Under the pieces are notes generated by a model that was given only the letters and a program-made list of their open reading frames with translations, searched no databases and was not told where the DNA came from. DNA of 64,000 bases from an uncultured bacterium (lineage in GTDB: Bacteria; Patescibacteriota; Minisyncoccia; Phycocordibacterales; UBA9973), in the NCBI GenBank assembly GCA_903894565.1, contig CAITQP010000009.1, positions 8,576 to 72,575 on the forward strand, written 5' to 3'. This document shows, in pieces, positions 55,631 to 64,000 of the stretch. The position numbers and the translations under genes are program-made. Positions within the stretch are counted from its first letter, which is position 1; the number at the start of each line of letters is the position of its first letter.

Positions 55631-57334
55631 TTACACAAACTCCTGCTGATAACAACTCACACAGTAGACTATTTCTGGTCCCTCTGGATTATATGCAGTC
55701 TGTATGTCAGTTCCACATTTTGCACAATGACGATCCCATAATTTCGGTGAATTCATTCGCTTAAAGCGTCGATTCTCACGACATTTCAAACACAATCGTG
55801 GAAGCGGAAGATTCATTTTTAACAACAAATCATATTCCATTTTTGCAATTCGATATGCACGGCCACATTCAATACAGCCAATCGCTTCTTTCAAAATAGT
55901 CTCGTCGACTTCTTTGATCGTCTGCGGGAGCAATTCCCCGTCAATTGAATTCGCAACAACCGGAGCGATTGCGTCACTCCACGTATACCCTTCGGCGAGT
56001 GCCTGCTCTTTCGTCTTTGGGAAGAACCGCATTGCATTTGATTTATTGTACGGAAAGTTACTAAACTCAAGCGGGAAAAATTCTCCATACGGAAATGTTC
56101 GCCCGAGTGCGTCAACGTACGGTCGAACCTTCATGTCCTCAATAATCTGCGCACGTAGTATTTCAAATGCTTCTTTTGTATATTCTTTATTCAAAATGCA
56201 GTGTTGTTTGCGTTTCAAATTTGCACAACCAAAATTATTCTTCCCTGCTGTGTTCCAAATACAATACTGCAAATTCATAACATCCGGCCAGCATTCGAGT
56301 GCAAACATAACAGAGTTCGCATTCTCGCCAACGGTCACAGCCTCATATATCTCTGTGGCGTTATTTCCCCATCCAGAATAATCTCGACAGTCCTTCGCCG
56401 AATGTACTGTGATGAACTCAACCCATTTACAATCCTCGGCGCCATTTGCAATATACATTTCGTGAGAATTCTTTGATTCATATACATATTCTCCTGATAC
56501 GTTCACATTAAGCGGACTCCCGTGATATGCACGATACGACTCGGTCAAAAAAAATACGTCTGCTTTTTTTTGGAGAGCATCAATACCCGAACGAGTATCG
56601 AGGCGCATCTCGGCTGCTCGAGCGATATACTCTTCATGACTATATTTCACATTAAAAATACAATTTGATTCTCCGCGCAAATTTGCACAACCGATACAAT
56701 TCGTACAGTTATAGCAATTGCGCGAGAACCATACGTCAACACAGTTATCGCATTCTTCGGAATAAAATGTTCGATAACATTTTTCAAAACCGATTGATTC
56801 ATAACACAATTCTGACTCGAATCCGCGAATGCAGTCGGCACTATTTTTAAGTGTGTTGAGAAGAGATGAATTATATACGTTTTCACAAAAGTCCGCCCAA
56901 AAAACAAACGAGCAATCTTTACTCCAAGCAAGCGCGTTCGAGTAATCTGAGTTTTTTAAACTGGTATACAAACTCGTAAGCGCAGAATATGGTGTCTTTC
57001 GAGCAAGCTCCTTGAGCTGATCCAAAAATGGTCGCGCCGGATCGTAATCCATCGCGTACTCAGTGCCGTCCCAGTCATCCTTCCACCAGCATGGCTGACA
57101 ATACACGGTGAGCTCTTGCTCTGGAGAGTACAAGGATAACGTTCGATTGCCACACTTGTCACAATTGCGCCAGTGAAGATTCCACGTATTTTGAAACGAA
57201 AACCTTCGCACTCGGCGACATTCCGAACACCACGAAGGATGAGGGACTCGTATTTTTTTATAATAATGAGCATCCTCTTCCGTGATTTCAAATTCGTGAT
57301 TACAATTTTGGCACAATTTTGTTTCCATAATCAA
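55631..57334 (-). CDS. Cys-rich multi-zinc-ribbon protein, paralog 1 (unknown family)
   Basis: 567 aa, about 40 Cys. Double CxxC zinc ribbons at both termini. Duplicated central CYNCTNCIGC..NLRG...YSKEEY module. About 45-50% identical to the ORFs at 57381..59078 and 60976..62721. Confidence 0.7.
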   Translation of the reverse strand: MIMETKLCQNCNHEFEITEEDAHYYKKIRVPHPSWCSECRRVRRFSFQNTWNLHWRNCDKCGNRTLSLYSPEQELTVYCQPCWWKDDWDGTEYAMDYDPARPFLDQLKELARKTPYSALTSLYTSLKNSDYSNALAWSKDCSFVFWADFCENVYNSSLLNTLKNSADCIRGFESELCYESIGFEKCYRTFYSEECDNCVDVWFSRNCYNCTNCIGCANLRGESNCIFNVKYSHEEYIARAAEMRLDTRSGIDALQKKADVFFLTESYRAYHGSPLNVNVSGEYVYESKNSHEMYIANGAEDCKWVEFITVHSAKDCRDYSGWGNNATEIYEAVTVGENANSVMFALECWPDVMNLQYCIWNTAGKNNFGCANLKRKQHCILNKEYTKEAFEILRAQIIEDMKVRPYVDALGRTFPYGEFFPLEFSNFPYNKSNAMRFFPKTKEQALAEGYTWSDAIAPVVANSIDGELLPQTIKEVDETILKEAIGCIECGRAYRIAKMEYDLLLKMNLPLPRLCLKCRENRRFKRMNSPKLWDRHCAKCGTDIQTAYNPEGPEIVYCVSCYQQEFV

Positions 57335-57380
57335 TACTCATAGTATGCCATATATGGGCACAAGATAGAAAAATCCTTGG

Positions 57381-59078
57381 CTAAACGAATTCTTGCTGGT
57401 AACAACTCACGCAATACACGGTCTCTGTACCCTCCGGAGAAAACGCGGTCTTGATTGGTCCTGAACATTTCGCACAACTTCTGTCCCAGAGCTCGGGTGG
57501 GTTCAACCGCTCAAAACGGGCATTCTGGCGACAAGACGGGCATGTGTGAGGTAACGGCAACTGCATTTTTTGAAGAAGTGCAAGCTCAAGTTGTCCGATC
57601 TTATAACCACGTCCACATTCTACGCAACCAATAATCTCACGTAAAACTGAGTCATCGATACCAGCCACTGTTTCTGGAAGATCTTTTGATAGAAGCGTCA
57701 CAGAATGCTGCACCGGCTCATCGTCATACCAACTATATCCTTCAGAGAGAGCCTGTTCTTTCGTCTTCGAAGCATACTTACTCCCTGAACATTCGTTATA
57801 TCCAAAGTGACTCATCATAAGAGGAAAGGACTCGCCGTATGTCCATGTTCTTCCCAGCTCATCAACATAAGGATTTTTCTTCATATCAGCAATTATTTCT
57901 CCACGCAATTTCTCATATTCTTCCTTTGAATATTCCTTATTTAAAATGCAATATTTTTTGCGTTTCAAATTCACACAACCAAAATTTTGTTTACCAGAAA
58001 TCACCCACCATGAATATTCAACATCGAGACAATCAGTGTACGTACAATAGGAAAACCGAATATTTGCGACATTTTCTCCAGTAGAATGTGACTCGTATAT
58101 TCGCTCAGCACCCGCACCCCAACCTGAATAGTCATAACATTCTTTCGCTGAGGGGACAGTGATGAACTGACAATACCGAGAATCTTCGGCGCTTGTACAA
58201 AGATACATATCTTCGGAATTTTTTGATTCAAAAATATATTCCCCAGTAACATTCAAATTCATTGAATTTCCCGTATATTCACGATATGGCAGTGTGTGCC
58301 AAAATTCATTGATTGATGATTTCATTGCCTCGATTCCCGAGTGTGTATCAAAGCCAAATTCAGCAAGTTTCTGCATATATTCATCTTTTGAATACTGTAC
58401 ATTAAAAATCATATATGAAGCTCCTCGTACATTCACGCAACCAATACAGTTGGTACAATTGTAACAATTACGTGAAAACCAAACATCCGTGCAAGCATCG
58501 CATTCCTCTGAATAAAATGTTCGGTAACATTTGTTGATGCCGATAGATTCTGAACAAAGCTGGGATTCACGTGCACGAAGACAATCGGTCGAATCTTTCA
58601 ATTCAAGAATGACTGACGAATTAGAAACATTTTCAGAATAATCTGCCCAAAATGTTAGGTAGCAATTACGCAAATACGATGCTCCATTACAAAATTCAGA
58701 ATTAACCATTGTCGGCGCAAGAACTTCTTGTGCCACCCACGGTGTCTTCCGTGAGAGCTCATAGACCTGTTCAAAGAAGTTTCGAGTCGGATCGTATTCC
58801 ATTCCGTATTCAGTTCCATCCCACTCATCACTCCACCAGCAATCGTTACAATACACCTCGATTGGAACAGTTTTGTTGTACATGGAAAGTGTGCGCTTTT
58901 CGCATTTTGCACAATTCCGCCAGTATACACTCCACACATTATGTGTAGACATGCGGCGCTCGAAGCGACATTTCGAACACCATGTGGGATGCGGAACATC
59001 AATCTTTTTATAGTAATTTTGGTCGCGTTCATCGATGACGAAATCAAGGTGGCAATTTTGACAGTTTTTTGTTTCCAT
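57381..59078 (-). CDS. Cys-rich multi-zinc-ribbon protein, paralog 2
   Basis: 565 aa, same architecture, tandem to paralog 1. Confidence 0.7.
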   Translation of the reverse strand: METKNCQNCHLDFVIDERDQNYYKKIDVPHPTWCSKCRFERRMSTHNVWSVYWRNCAKCEKRTLSMYNKTVPIEVYCNDCWWSDEWDGTEYGMEYDPTRNFFEQVYELSRKTPWVAQEVLAPTMVNSEFCNGASYLRNCYLTFWADYSENVSNSSVILELKDSTDCLRARESQLCSESIGINKCYRTFYSEECDACTDVWFSRNCYNCTNCIGCVNVRGASYMIFNVQYSKDEYMQKLAEFGFDTHSGIEAMKSSINEFWHTLPYREYTGNSMNLNVTGEYIFESKNSEDMYLCTSAEDSRYCQFITVPSAKECYDYSGWGAGAERIYESHSTGENVANIRFSYCTYTDCLDVEYSWWVISGKQNFGCVNLKRKKYCILNKEYSKEEYEKLRGEIIADMKKNPYVDELGRTWTYGESFPLMMSHFGYNECSGSKYASKTKEQALSEGYSWYDDEPVQHSVTLLSKDLPETVAGIDDSVLREIIGCVECGRGYKIGQLELALLQKMQLPLPHTCPSCRQNARFERLNPPELWDRSCAKCSGPIKTAFSPEGTETVYCVSCYQQEFV

Positions 59079-59222
59079 ATAATTTAAGTATTTGTATTAT
59101 CTCACACGCGCCTCCTAATGAAAATCAAACCCAGTACTACCCGCCGACTCCGTGCACATGTACCACACAACCACAAACAAAATCATTGGAATGATAATCA
59201 TATATTGCTATTAGCTATTATT

Positions 59223-59292
59223 TCTCACAATTAATCCGCAAGTGACTCTTGTGAACTAAAAAGTGAGGGCTATAAATTGGTTTATAGATAGC
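59223..59292 (-). promoter_or_regulatory. conserved leader/promoter motif shared with 62737-62786 (hairpin plus ttaattgtgaga(a)ataat)
   Basis: ctcacaattaatccgcaagtgactcttgtgaactaaaaagtgagggct here versus ctcacaattaacccgcgagcgacactcgtggactaaatagtgggctc upstream of paralog 3. The stem change caag/cttg versus cgag/ctcg is compensatory. Confidence 0.5.
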
Positions 59293-59300
59293 CCATGTAA

Positions 59301-60059
59301 TCACAGCAACTCACGCAATTGTTCGGGAGTGAACGGGAGCTGCAAGTGTTGCTCCTGTAAGTCCTTCGGTTTTGTAAAACCGAACCGAATCAATTTTTGA
59401 CCAGGGAGAAGCGAGCGCTTCAAATCTCCATAACGTCGCTCAGTTTGAGCCCACCGCTCAGCACTTACCCCAGACTCGACAAGACACACAATGTATGAGG
59501 GCATTACTATTGAGATAATCCGAAAAGCGTCGCTATGCACAACACTAATGCTGTCATACCCCTCAATCGGACCCAACATGTGTTTCTCTTCGACAAAAAC
59601 AATTTTTGTCGAATCTAGTTTTGACACTCGTTCGAATGCACAACCAAGACCCAGCAATTCCGCAACCGATTTCTTCCAATCTTTTCGATCAAGAGAAAAA
59701 GGAATACGTCCATACTTATACTTCTGGTGAGTCGCGAGCATTCGTATCGGAGCTTCTACATATGCACAATAGTGGTGATCCACATCAGTACACACTGAAA
59801 CTGGGATATTGTACTCAACACACTGAGCGACCATGCTCAACCCGTTTGGCTTGTCTGCATCATGATCGTTTAAGTTCATCGACGGATAATGCATATCCGT
59901 TACAACTCCAACGAGCTGATCTTTGAGTTCCTGTAACAGGCGAAGTCCATCAGCCAAATTGTGAGCAATTACCGGGAAGCAACCGGAAGAAAGTACTGCC
60001 TCTTGGGCCAGTTTTGCTTGATCGAGCTTATCCTCGATTACTAACATTATTCTGTTCAT
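59301..60059 (-). CDS. receiver (REC, CheY-like) domain protein with unknown C-terminal domain
   Basis: N-terminus MLVIEDKLDQAKLAQEAVLSSGCFPVIA...VGVVTDMHYP carries an acidic pair and phospho-acceptor-like Asp. 252 aa. Confidence 0.45.
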   Translation of the reverse strand: MNRIMLVIEDKLDQAKLAQEAVLSSGCFPVIAHNLADGLRLLQELKDQLVGVVTDMHYPSMNLNDHDADKPNGLSMVAQCVEYNIPVSVCTDVDHHYCAYVEAPIRMLATHQKYKYGRIPFSLDRKDWKKSVAELLGLGCAFERVSKLDSTKIVFVEEKHMLGPIEGYDSISVVHSDAFRIISIVMPSYIVCLVESGVSAERWAQTERRYGDLKRSLLPGQKLIRFGFTKPKDLQEQHLQLPFTPEQLRELL

Positions 60060-60187
60060 AACGAATTAATTTATGCATATAATAAAATGATTTGAGAGTA
60101 ACGTCAAAATACTCTACATTCTGATTCTAAAATACCCTTTATTTATAAAGCTTATTTTAAACATGTGATATTATTTCGTCAAAATTC

Positions 60188-60217
60188 TTGACATAAATAT
60201 AGCCCAAAAGGTATACT
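60188..60217 (+). promoter_or_regulatory. sigma70-like promoter (TTGACA-18-TATACT) placing the TSS at or next to the TrmB ATG (leaderless)
   Basis: ttgaca at 60188-60193 and tatact at 60212-60217. ATG at 60224. Confidence 0.45.
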
Positions 60218-60223
60218 TTTGAC

Positions 60224-60979
60224 ATGCCCATAGAGCTCACAACCATCCTCGAAAAAACCGGTCTCTCCAAGAAGCAGGCCGACGTATACCTCGCTCTCCT
60301 TGAGCTTGGTGAGGCATCAATGACAGAAATTTCGAAGCGTGCGAACCAGAAGCGCCCTACCACCTACCTCATCGTCGAAGAACTCGAGCTCGTTGGTCTC
60401 GCCTCGTCCGTCAAAAAGGGTAAGAAAAAAATCTATATGCCTGCACATCCTCGTCGTCTCGCCGAACTGACAAAGTTTCGTATGGACCAAGTCGGCGACG
60501 TAATGCCAGAACTCCTTGCTCGTTACAAATCGGAATCAACCAAACCAAAGATTGAAATGTTTGAAGGTATCGAAGGCGTTCGTAAGGCATACCGTGAAGC
60601 ATTTAGTTTACTTTCTGAACACAAGGAAGGCCTCTGGATCAGCGACATTGAACGTGTGCTCGAAAAATTTCCCGAAGTCCTCAAAGAATACGACAAACTT
60701 GTACGAAGTATTCGCGACCCACGCATTCGTGAAATCACATTTGGCGGAGGGCCGGCTCGCGCATGGGTAGAACACATGCAAAAGGATCACAGCAAATACT
60801 GCAAAGTAAAGTATATGGGCGATCGTGGCCACATCGGTGCTCTCGATCAGCTCATCGTCGGAAACAAGGTCATGAGCTTCTCGCTCAACAAAGATATTTT
60901 TGTCCTCATTACAGAAAGCGAAGCACTAGCAGAAACTCAGCGTGGACTCTTCGAACTTTTGTGGAATCAAAAAAACTAA
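60224..60979 (+). CDS. TrmB-family transcriptional regulator
   Basis: N-terminal winged HTH LGLSKKQADVYLALLELGEASMTEISKRANQKRPTTYLIVEELELVGL typical of TrmB. 251 aa. Confidence 0.65.
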   Translation: MPIELTTILEKTGLSKKQADVYLALLELGEASMTEISKRANQKRPTTYLIVEELELVGLASSVKKGKKKIYMPAHPRRLAELTKFRMDQVGDVMPELLARYKSESTKPKIEMFEGIEGVRKAYREAFSLLSEHKEGLWISDIERVLEKFPEVLKEYDKLVRSIRDPRIREITFGGGPARAWVEHMQKDHSKYCKVKYMGDRGHIGALDQLIVGNKVMSFSLNKDIFVLITESEALAETQRGLFELLWNQKN

Positions 60980-62721
60980 ATCACTTCTGCTTGATAACAT
61001 GCTTCGCAATACACAAGCTCAGCACGATCCGGTGAATATGCAGTCTCAAATTGATTCAAGCACTTTCCTTCGTGATGAGGGTGGCTATTCTCACACATAC
61101 ATGCACGGTGCCAAAGCTTGTTTGGGTTACGATCAACTACGCGCATGTAGTGACGGCAGTTCGGACAAAGTCTTGGAAGTGGCAAACTATGAGCGCGATA
61201 AAACTGTAATTCCTGTGCTGTGACACGGAATGCGGTAGCGCACTGATCATTACATTCCCCTTTATGAGCACAGCCTATAATCGCAGATACAATATCGTCA
61301 TCTATTTCCAGAATATCATCCGGTAATTCTTCCGGAGAATGTGTGATTTCATAATTTTTAATTTTTCGATTTTTCCATGGAAAACCGTTTCCTTCAGCAA
61401 AATCTTTTGTTATCGGGAAAAATTCTTGAGCTGAGGTTTCATTGTACGCAAATTGTGAGATTTCAATCGGCATAAAATCTCCGTAGGAGTATCCCCTCTC
61501 CTTCGAGTCGATATAAGGCATCATTTTCATCTGTTCTATTATTTTTGGGATCAGTTCATCGTATTCCTCTTTTGAATATTGCTTGTTCAAAATACAATAC
61601 TGTTTACCCCGAAGGCCGACACATCCGAAACAATTGTTATTATTGTTGAATAAGTACAAACAATATCGTAACGCCCGTGCTTCGATAGAATTCACACAAC
61701 CAATAATGTCACTAATATTTTTCCCACATGTTAATGATTCATAGACGCGTTCGGTATTTTCACCAAATTGAGTAAAATCATAGCACTCTTTATTCCCCTT
61801 AATTATGAGCCACATGCAATACTTACAATACTCAGACTCATTCACGATAAACGAATTGTCGGAAAATTTTGAGTTGTAAATATAATCGCCAGTTGAATTC
61901 AGATTTTGTAAACCGTGCATATATTTATGCGGAAACTGTAACCAGAAATCTCGAACCTGTTTTTTCATGTCAGCCACGAATGAATGCGAGCCAAGGTTAA
62001 ATTCTTTTATTTTTTCCGCATACTCATCTTTACTAAACTGCTCGTTGAAAATACAGTATGACTGATTACGCAAATTGATACACCCGAAACAACTCGAGCA
62101 TCCTGAAAGATTTTTTGAGAACCATGTATTATGTGAACTCTCGCAGTCGACAGAATAATATATCTCATAACACTTATTACAATTCAAACTTTCATACCCC
62201 ATCTGTGTACCCTCAATCATTGTCACATCGACTGAATCACGTGAACGCTCAACTTCTTCTCCATACATACACGACTCGTTATAATCAGAATTAAAAAGAT
62301 AATAACAATTTTTCAATGCATGGTTCATGTTTGTAAAACTACTATTCTCAAGTGTTTTGTAGCTAACAGCAAGATGCTGATACGGAACTTTTTTTATAAG
62401 CTCTGCGAGTTGGGAAAAAAATGATTTTGAAAAATCATATTCCTTTCCGTATGTCGTCGCGTCCCATTTATCGCTCCACCAGCACTCACCACAATAACTC
62501 GTAATCCCTGCTTCTGGATCGTACATCGAAATCGTACTCACACCACACATATCGCATGGTCTCTTATAAAGAGAGCGTTCATTACGAAATGAAAGACGAC
62601 GTTGCAATCGACAATCGGGACAAAACGTTGGCGCTGGCACATTCATTTTTCCGTAAAAATCAAAGTCAGTAGATGTAACAACAAAATCATTTTTGCAGTT
62701 TTGGCACACTCGTGTCTCCAT
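60976..62721 (-). CDS. Cys-rich multi-zinc-ribbon protein, paralog 3
   Basis: 581 aa with the same CxxC-terminal ribbons and central Cys modules. Its stop overlaps the stop of the convergent TrmB gene by 4 nt. Confidence 0.7.
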   Translation of the reverse strand: METRVCQNCKNDFVVTSTDFDFYGKMNVPAPTFCPDCRLQRRLSFRNERSLYKRPCDMCGVSTISMYDPEAGITSYCGECWWSDKWDATTYGKEYDFSKSFFSQLAELIKKVPYQHLAVSYKTLENSSFTNMNHALKNCYYLFNSDYNESCMYGEEVERSRDSVDVTMIEGTQMGYESLNCNKCYEIYYSVDCESSHNTWFSKNLSGCSSCFGCINLRNQSYCIFNEQFSKDEYAEKIKEFNLGSHSFVADMKKQVRDFWLQFPHKYMHGLQNLNSTGDYIYNSKFSDNSFIVNESEYCKYCMWLIIKGNKECYDFTQFGENTERVYESLTCGKNISDIIGCVNSIEARALRYCLYLFNNNNNCFGCVGLRGKQYCILNKQYSKEEYDELIPKIIEQMKMMPYIDSKERGYSYGDFMPIEISQFAYNETSAQEFFPITKDFAEGNGFPWKNRKIKNYEITHSPEELPDDILEIDDDIVSAIIGCAHKGECNDQCATAFRVTAQELQFYRAHSLPLPRLCPNCRHYMRVVDRNPNKLWHRACMCENSHPHHEGKCLNQFETAYSPDRAELVYCEACYQAEVI

Positions 62722-62736
62722 ATATTTTTTGATTAT

Positions 62737-62786
62737 CTCACAATTAACCCGCGAGCGACACTCGTGGACTAAATAGTGGGCTCATC
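62737..62786 (-). promoter_or_regulatory. conserved leader/promoter motif, copy upstream of paralog 3
   Basis: See 59223-59292. Contains the hairpin ggctcatc-ggaaat-gatgagcc and a TGaGATAAT extended -10-like element 14 nt before the ATG. Confidence 0.5.
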
Positions 62787-63187
62787 ATTTCCGATGAGCC
62801 AACCACCACAAAAGATTATACTTTCGGAGCAGCCATAATATACATGTCCCAGTTATTACAAATACCATCGCCAAACTATATCTATAAACTGCATCAAGCC
62901 ACCAAAATAGTTCACTGGCCAGTAGATGGCAGAGTAGGACCGTCATTATTTGATCGAAAATCTTATCAAAAATGGGCTTCCATAATTTACGAGGATTGGC
63001 AGAAAAATTATGGACATAGATCAATAACAGCAAGAATAAATTTATCTTCACCGAATGCACACTTGGACACAAGGACTTTGTCGCAATAACACAGTGTATT
63101 GTTGGTGCTAAATATCCTGTAGAAAGTACAACAAGGCCAAGCTCTACCAAAATGAGAATAAATACTAATGGATGACGTTTTTCCATG
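62785..63187 (-). CDS. small polytopic membrane protein (start chosen at MEKRHPLVFILIL)
   Basis: C-terminal 134 aa of ORF 62785..63666. The upstream part of that ORF is antisense to the TrmB paralog and is rejected. Confidence 0.3.
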
Positions 63188-63328
63188 TTACATATTTTGA
63201 ATGTGAAATTATTTCCTACATTATCCAACGGTTTGCTTTTTCTGTCATATTTGTCAACAAATTCTTTATATATGGACAAAAAACCATATTTTATATAGTA
63301 TAAATGTTGTAGGATTTTCCAACAGATT

Positions 63329-64000
63329 ATGCGAAACGACCAAAAAATCATCGATTCTCTCACAGACTTCGGTCTCGAGAAAAACGAGGCGACTGTGTAT
63401 CTCGCTTCTCTTTCGCTCGGCCCGACCACAATACTAAAGCTTGCGAACCAGTCTGGCGTGAACCGCACGACTGTATACGAGATCGTCGAGGCGCTTGAAC
63501 ACAAAGGACTCATGAAAAAAGAGATCCATGGCTTAAAAACACTCTTCTCCCCCGAGCATCCCGACCGCCTCGAGAATACACTCTCTCGAAAACGCGAGGC
63601 GCTTACGAAACTTCTCCCAGAGCTTGAGAGCAAATACCACCTAAAAGGTTCTGGAAGTACAATCAAGTATTACGAGGGACTCTCCGCCATCAAAAATCTT
63701 TACGGCGATCTTGCACACGAACTCAAACCAACTGATTTCTACTATGTCGTTTCAAACACAGCCGAATGGGAAGCAATCGATGACAACTATTTTCGCAAAG
63801 AGCACGTGGAAATTTTTTCGCAAAAACGTGTCGATCGACGAGTACTCTTTGTCGATTCACCTGAGGCACAAGCACGCAAAAAATATGAGCGTAATTTCAA
63901 CGAAGTCGTAAAGATACTCCCGCCTGACTCAAACATCCACGTCGACCTCTGCATCACACCGTACAAGCTTGTTATCTTTCAACTTCATCAACCGCTTGTC
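63329..64000 (+). CDS. TrmB-family transcriptional regulator, paralog, 3' end outside window
   Basis: MRNDQKIIDSLTDFGLEKNEATVYLASLSLGPTTILKLANQSGVNRTTVYEIVEALEHKGL wHTH. Frame open to the window end. Confidence 0.6.
   Translation, partial: MRNDQKIIDSLTDFGLEKNEATVYLASLSLGPTTILKLANQSGVNRTTVYEIVEALEHKGLMKKEIHGLKTLFSPEHPDRLENTLSRKREALTKLLPELESKYHLKGSGSTIKYYEGLSAIKNLYGDLAHELKPTDFYYVVSNTAEWEAIDDNYFRKEHVEIFSQKRVDRRVLFVDSPEAQARKKYERNFNEVVKILPPDSNIHVDLCITPYKLVIFQLHQPLV

Noticed and set aside
60060-60223. Direct repeat cgtcaaaat(a/t)ct x2 in the REC/TrmB divergent region as a TrmB operator
   Set aside because: There are only two short copies and chance cannot be excluded. Mentioned only as a weak candidate, not called as a feature.
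62785-63666. 293-aa minus-strand ORF
   Set aside because: Its first ~110 codons are antisense to the TrmB-family gene starting at 63329. Only the C-terminal membrane part from MEKRHPLVF was kept, at low confidence.

Overview
This 64-kb window is a gene-dense bacterial segment, probably from a small-genome CPR/Patescibacteria-like organism. That placement is inferred from three observations: there is no L30 gene between rpsE and rplO, Shine-Dalgarno sequences are almost absent, and a type IV pilus (T4P)/ComEC competence cluster is present. About half the window is translation machinery on the minus strand, in order: rpsL-rpsG-fusA, then tuf-rpsJ-rplC-rplD-rplW-rplB, then rpsS-rplV-rpsC-rplP-rpsQ-rplN-rplX-rplE, then rpsZ-rpsH-rplF-rplR-rpsE-rplO-secY, then adk, an amino-acid-kinase gene and map. 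These normally contiguous operons are interrupted by non-ribosomal insertions:
- a HigB/HigA toxin-antitoxin pair plus a lipoprotein gene between fusA and tuf;
- dgkA and two hypothetical genes between rplB and rpsS;
- a cmk-like gene, truB and hypothetical genes between rplE and rpsZ;
- a low-GC 639-aa opposite-strand gene between secY and adk.
rpmC (L29) is also missing between rplP and rpsQ. The rest of the window holds:
- a large Cys-repeat surface protein, an M50 protease, rpmB, sod, comEC plus a separate MBL hydrolase, rnhA, recJ, a HIT protein, pgk and tpiA;
- a T4P cluster (pilB, pilC, three pseudopilins and three large secreted proteins);
- nusA, ppa, tig, clpP, rny and a SAM-decarboxylase-like gene;
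- a locus with three paralogous ~570-aa cysteine-rich proteins flanked by a REC-domain protein and two TrmB-family regulators.
The most interesting non-genic signals are two families of GC-rich structured repeat elements with copy-specific perfect inverted flanks. One copy is inserted in-frame (123 bp) inside truB. A 32-bp perfect palindrome overlaps the nusA promoter.
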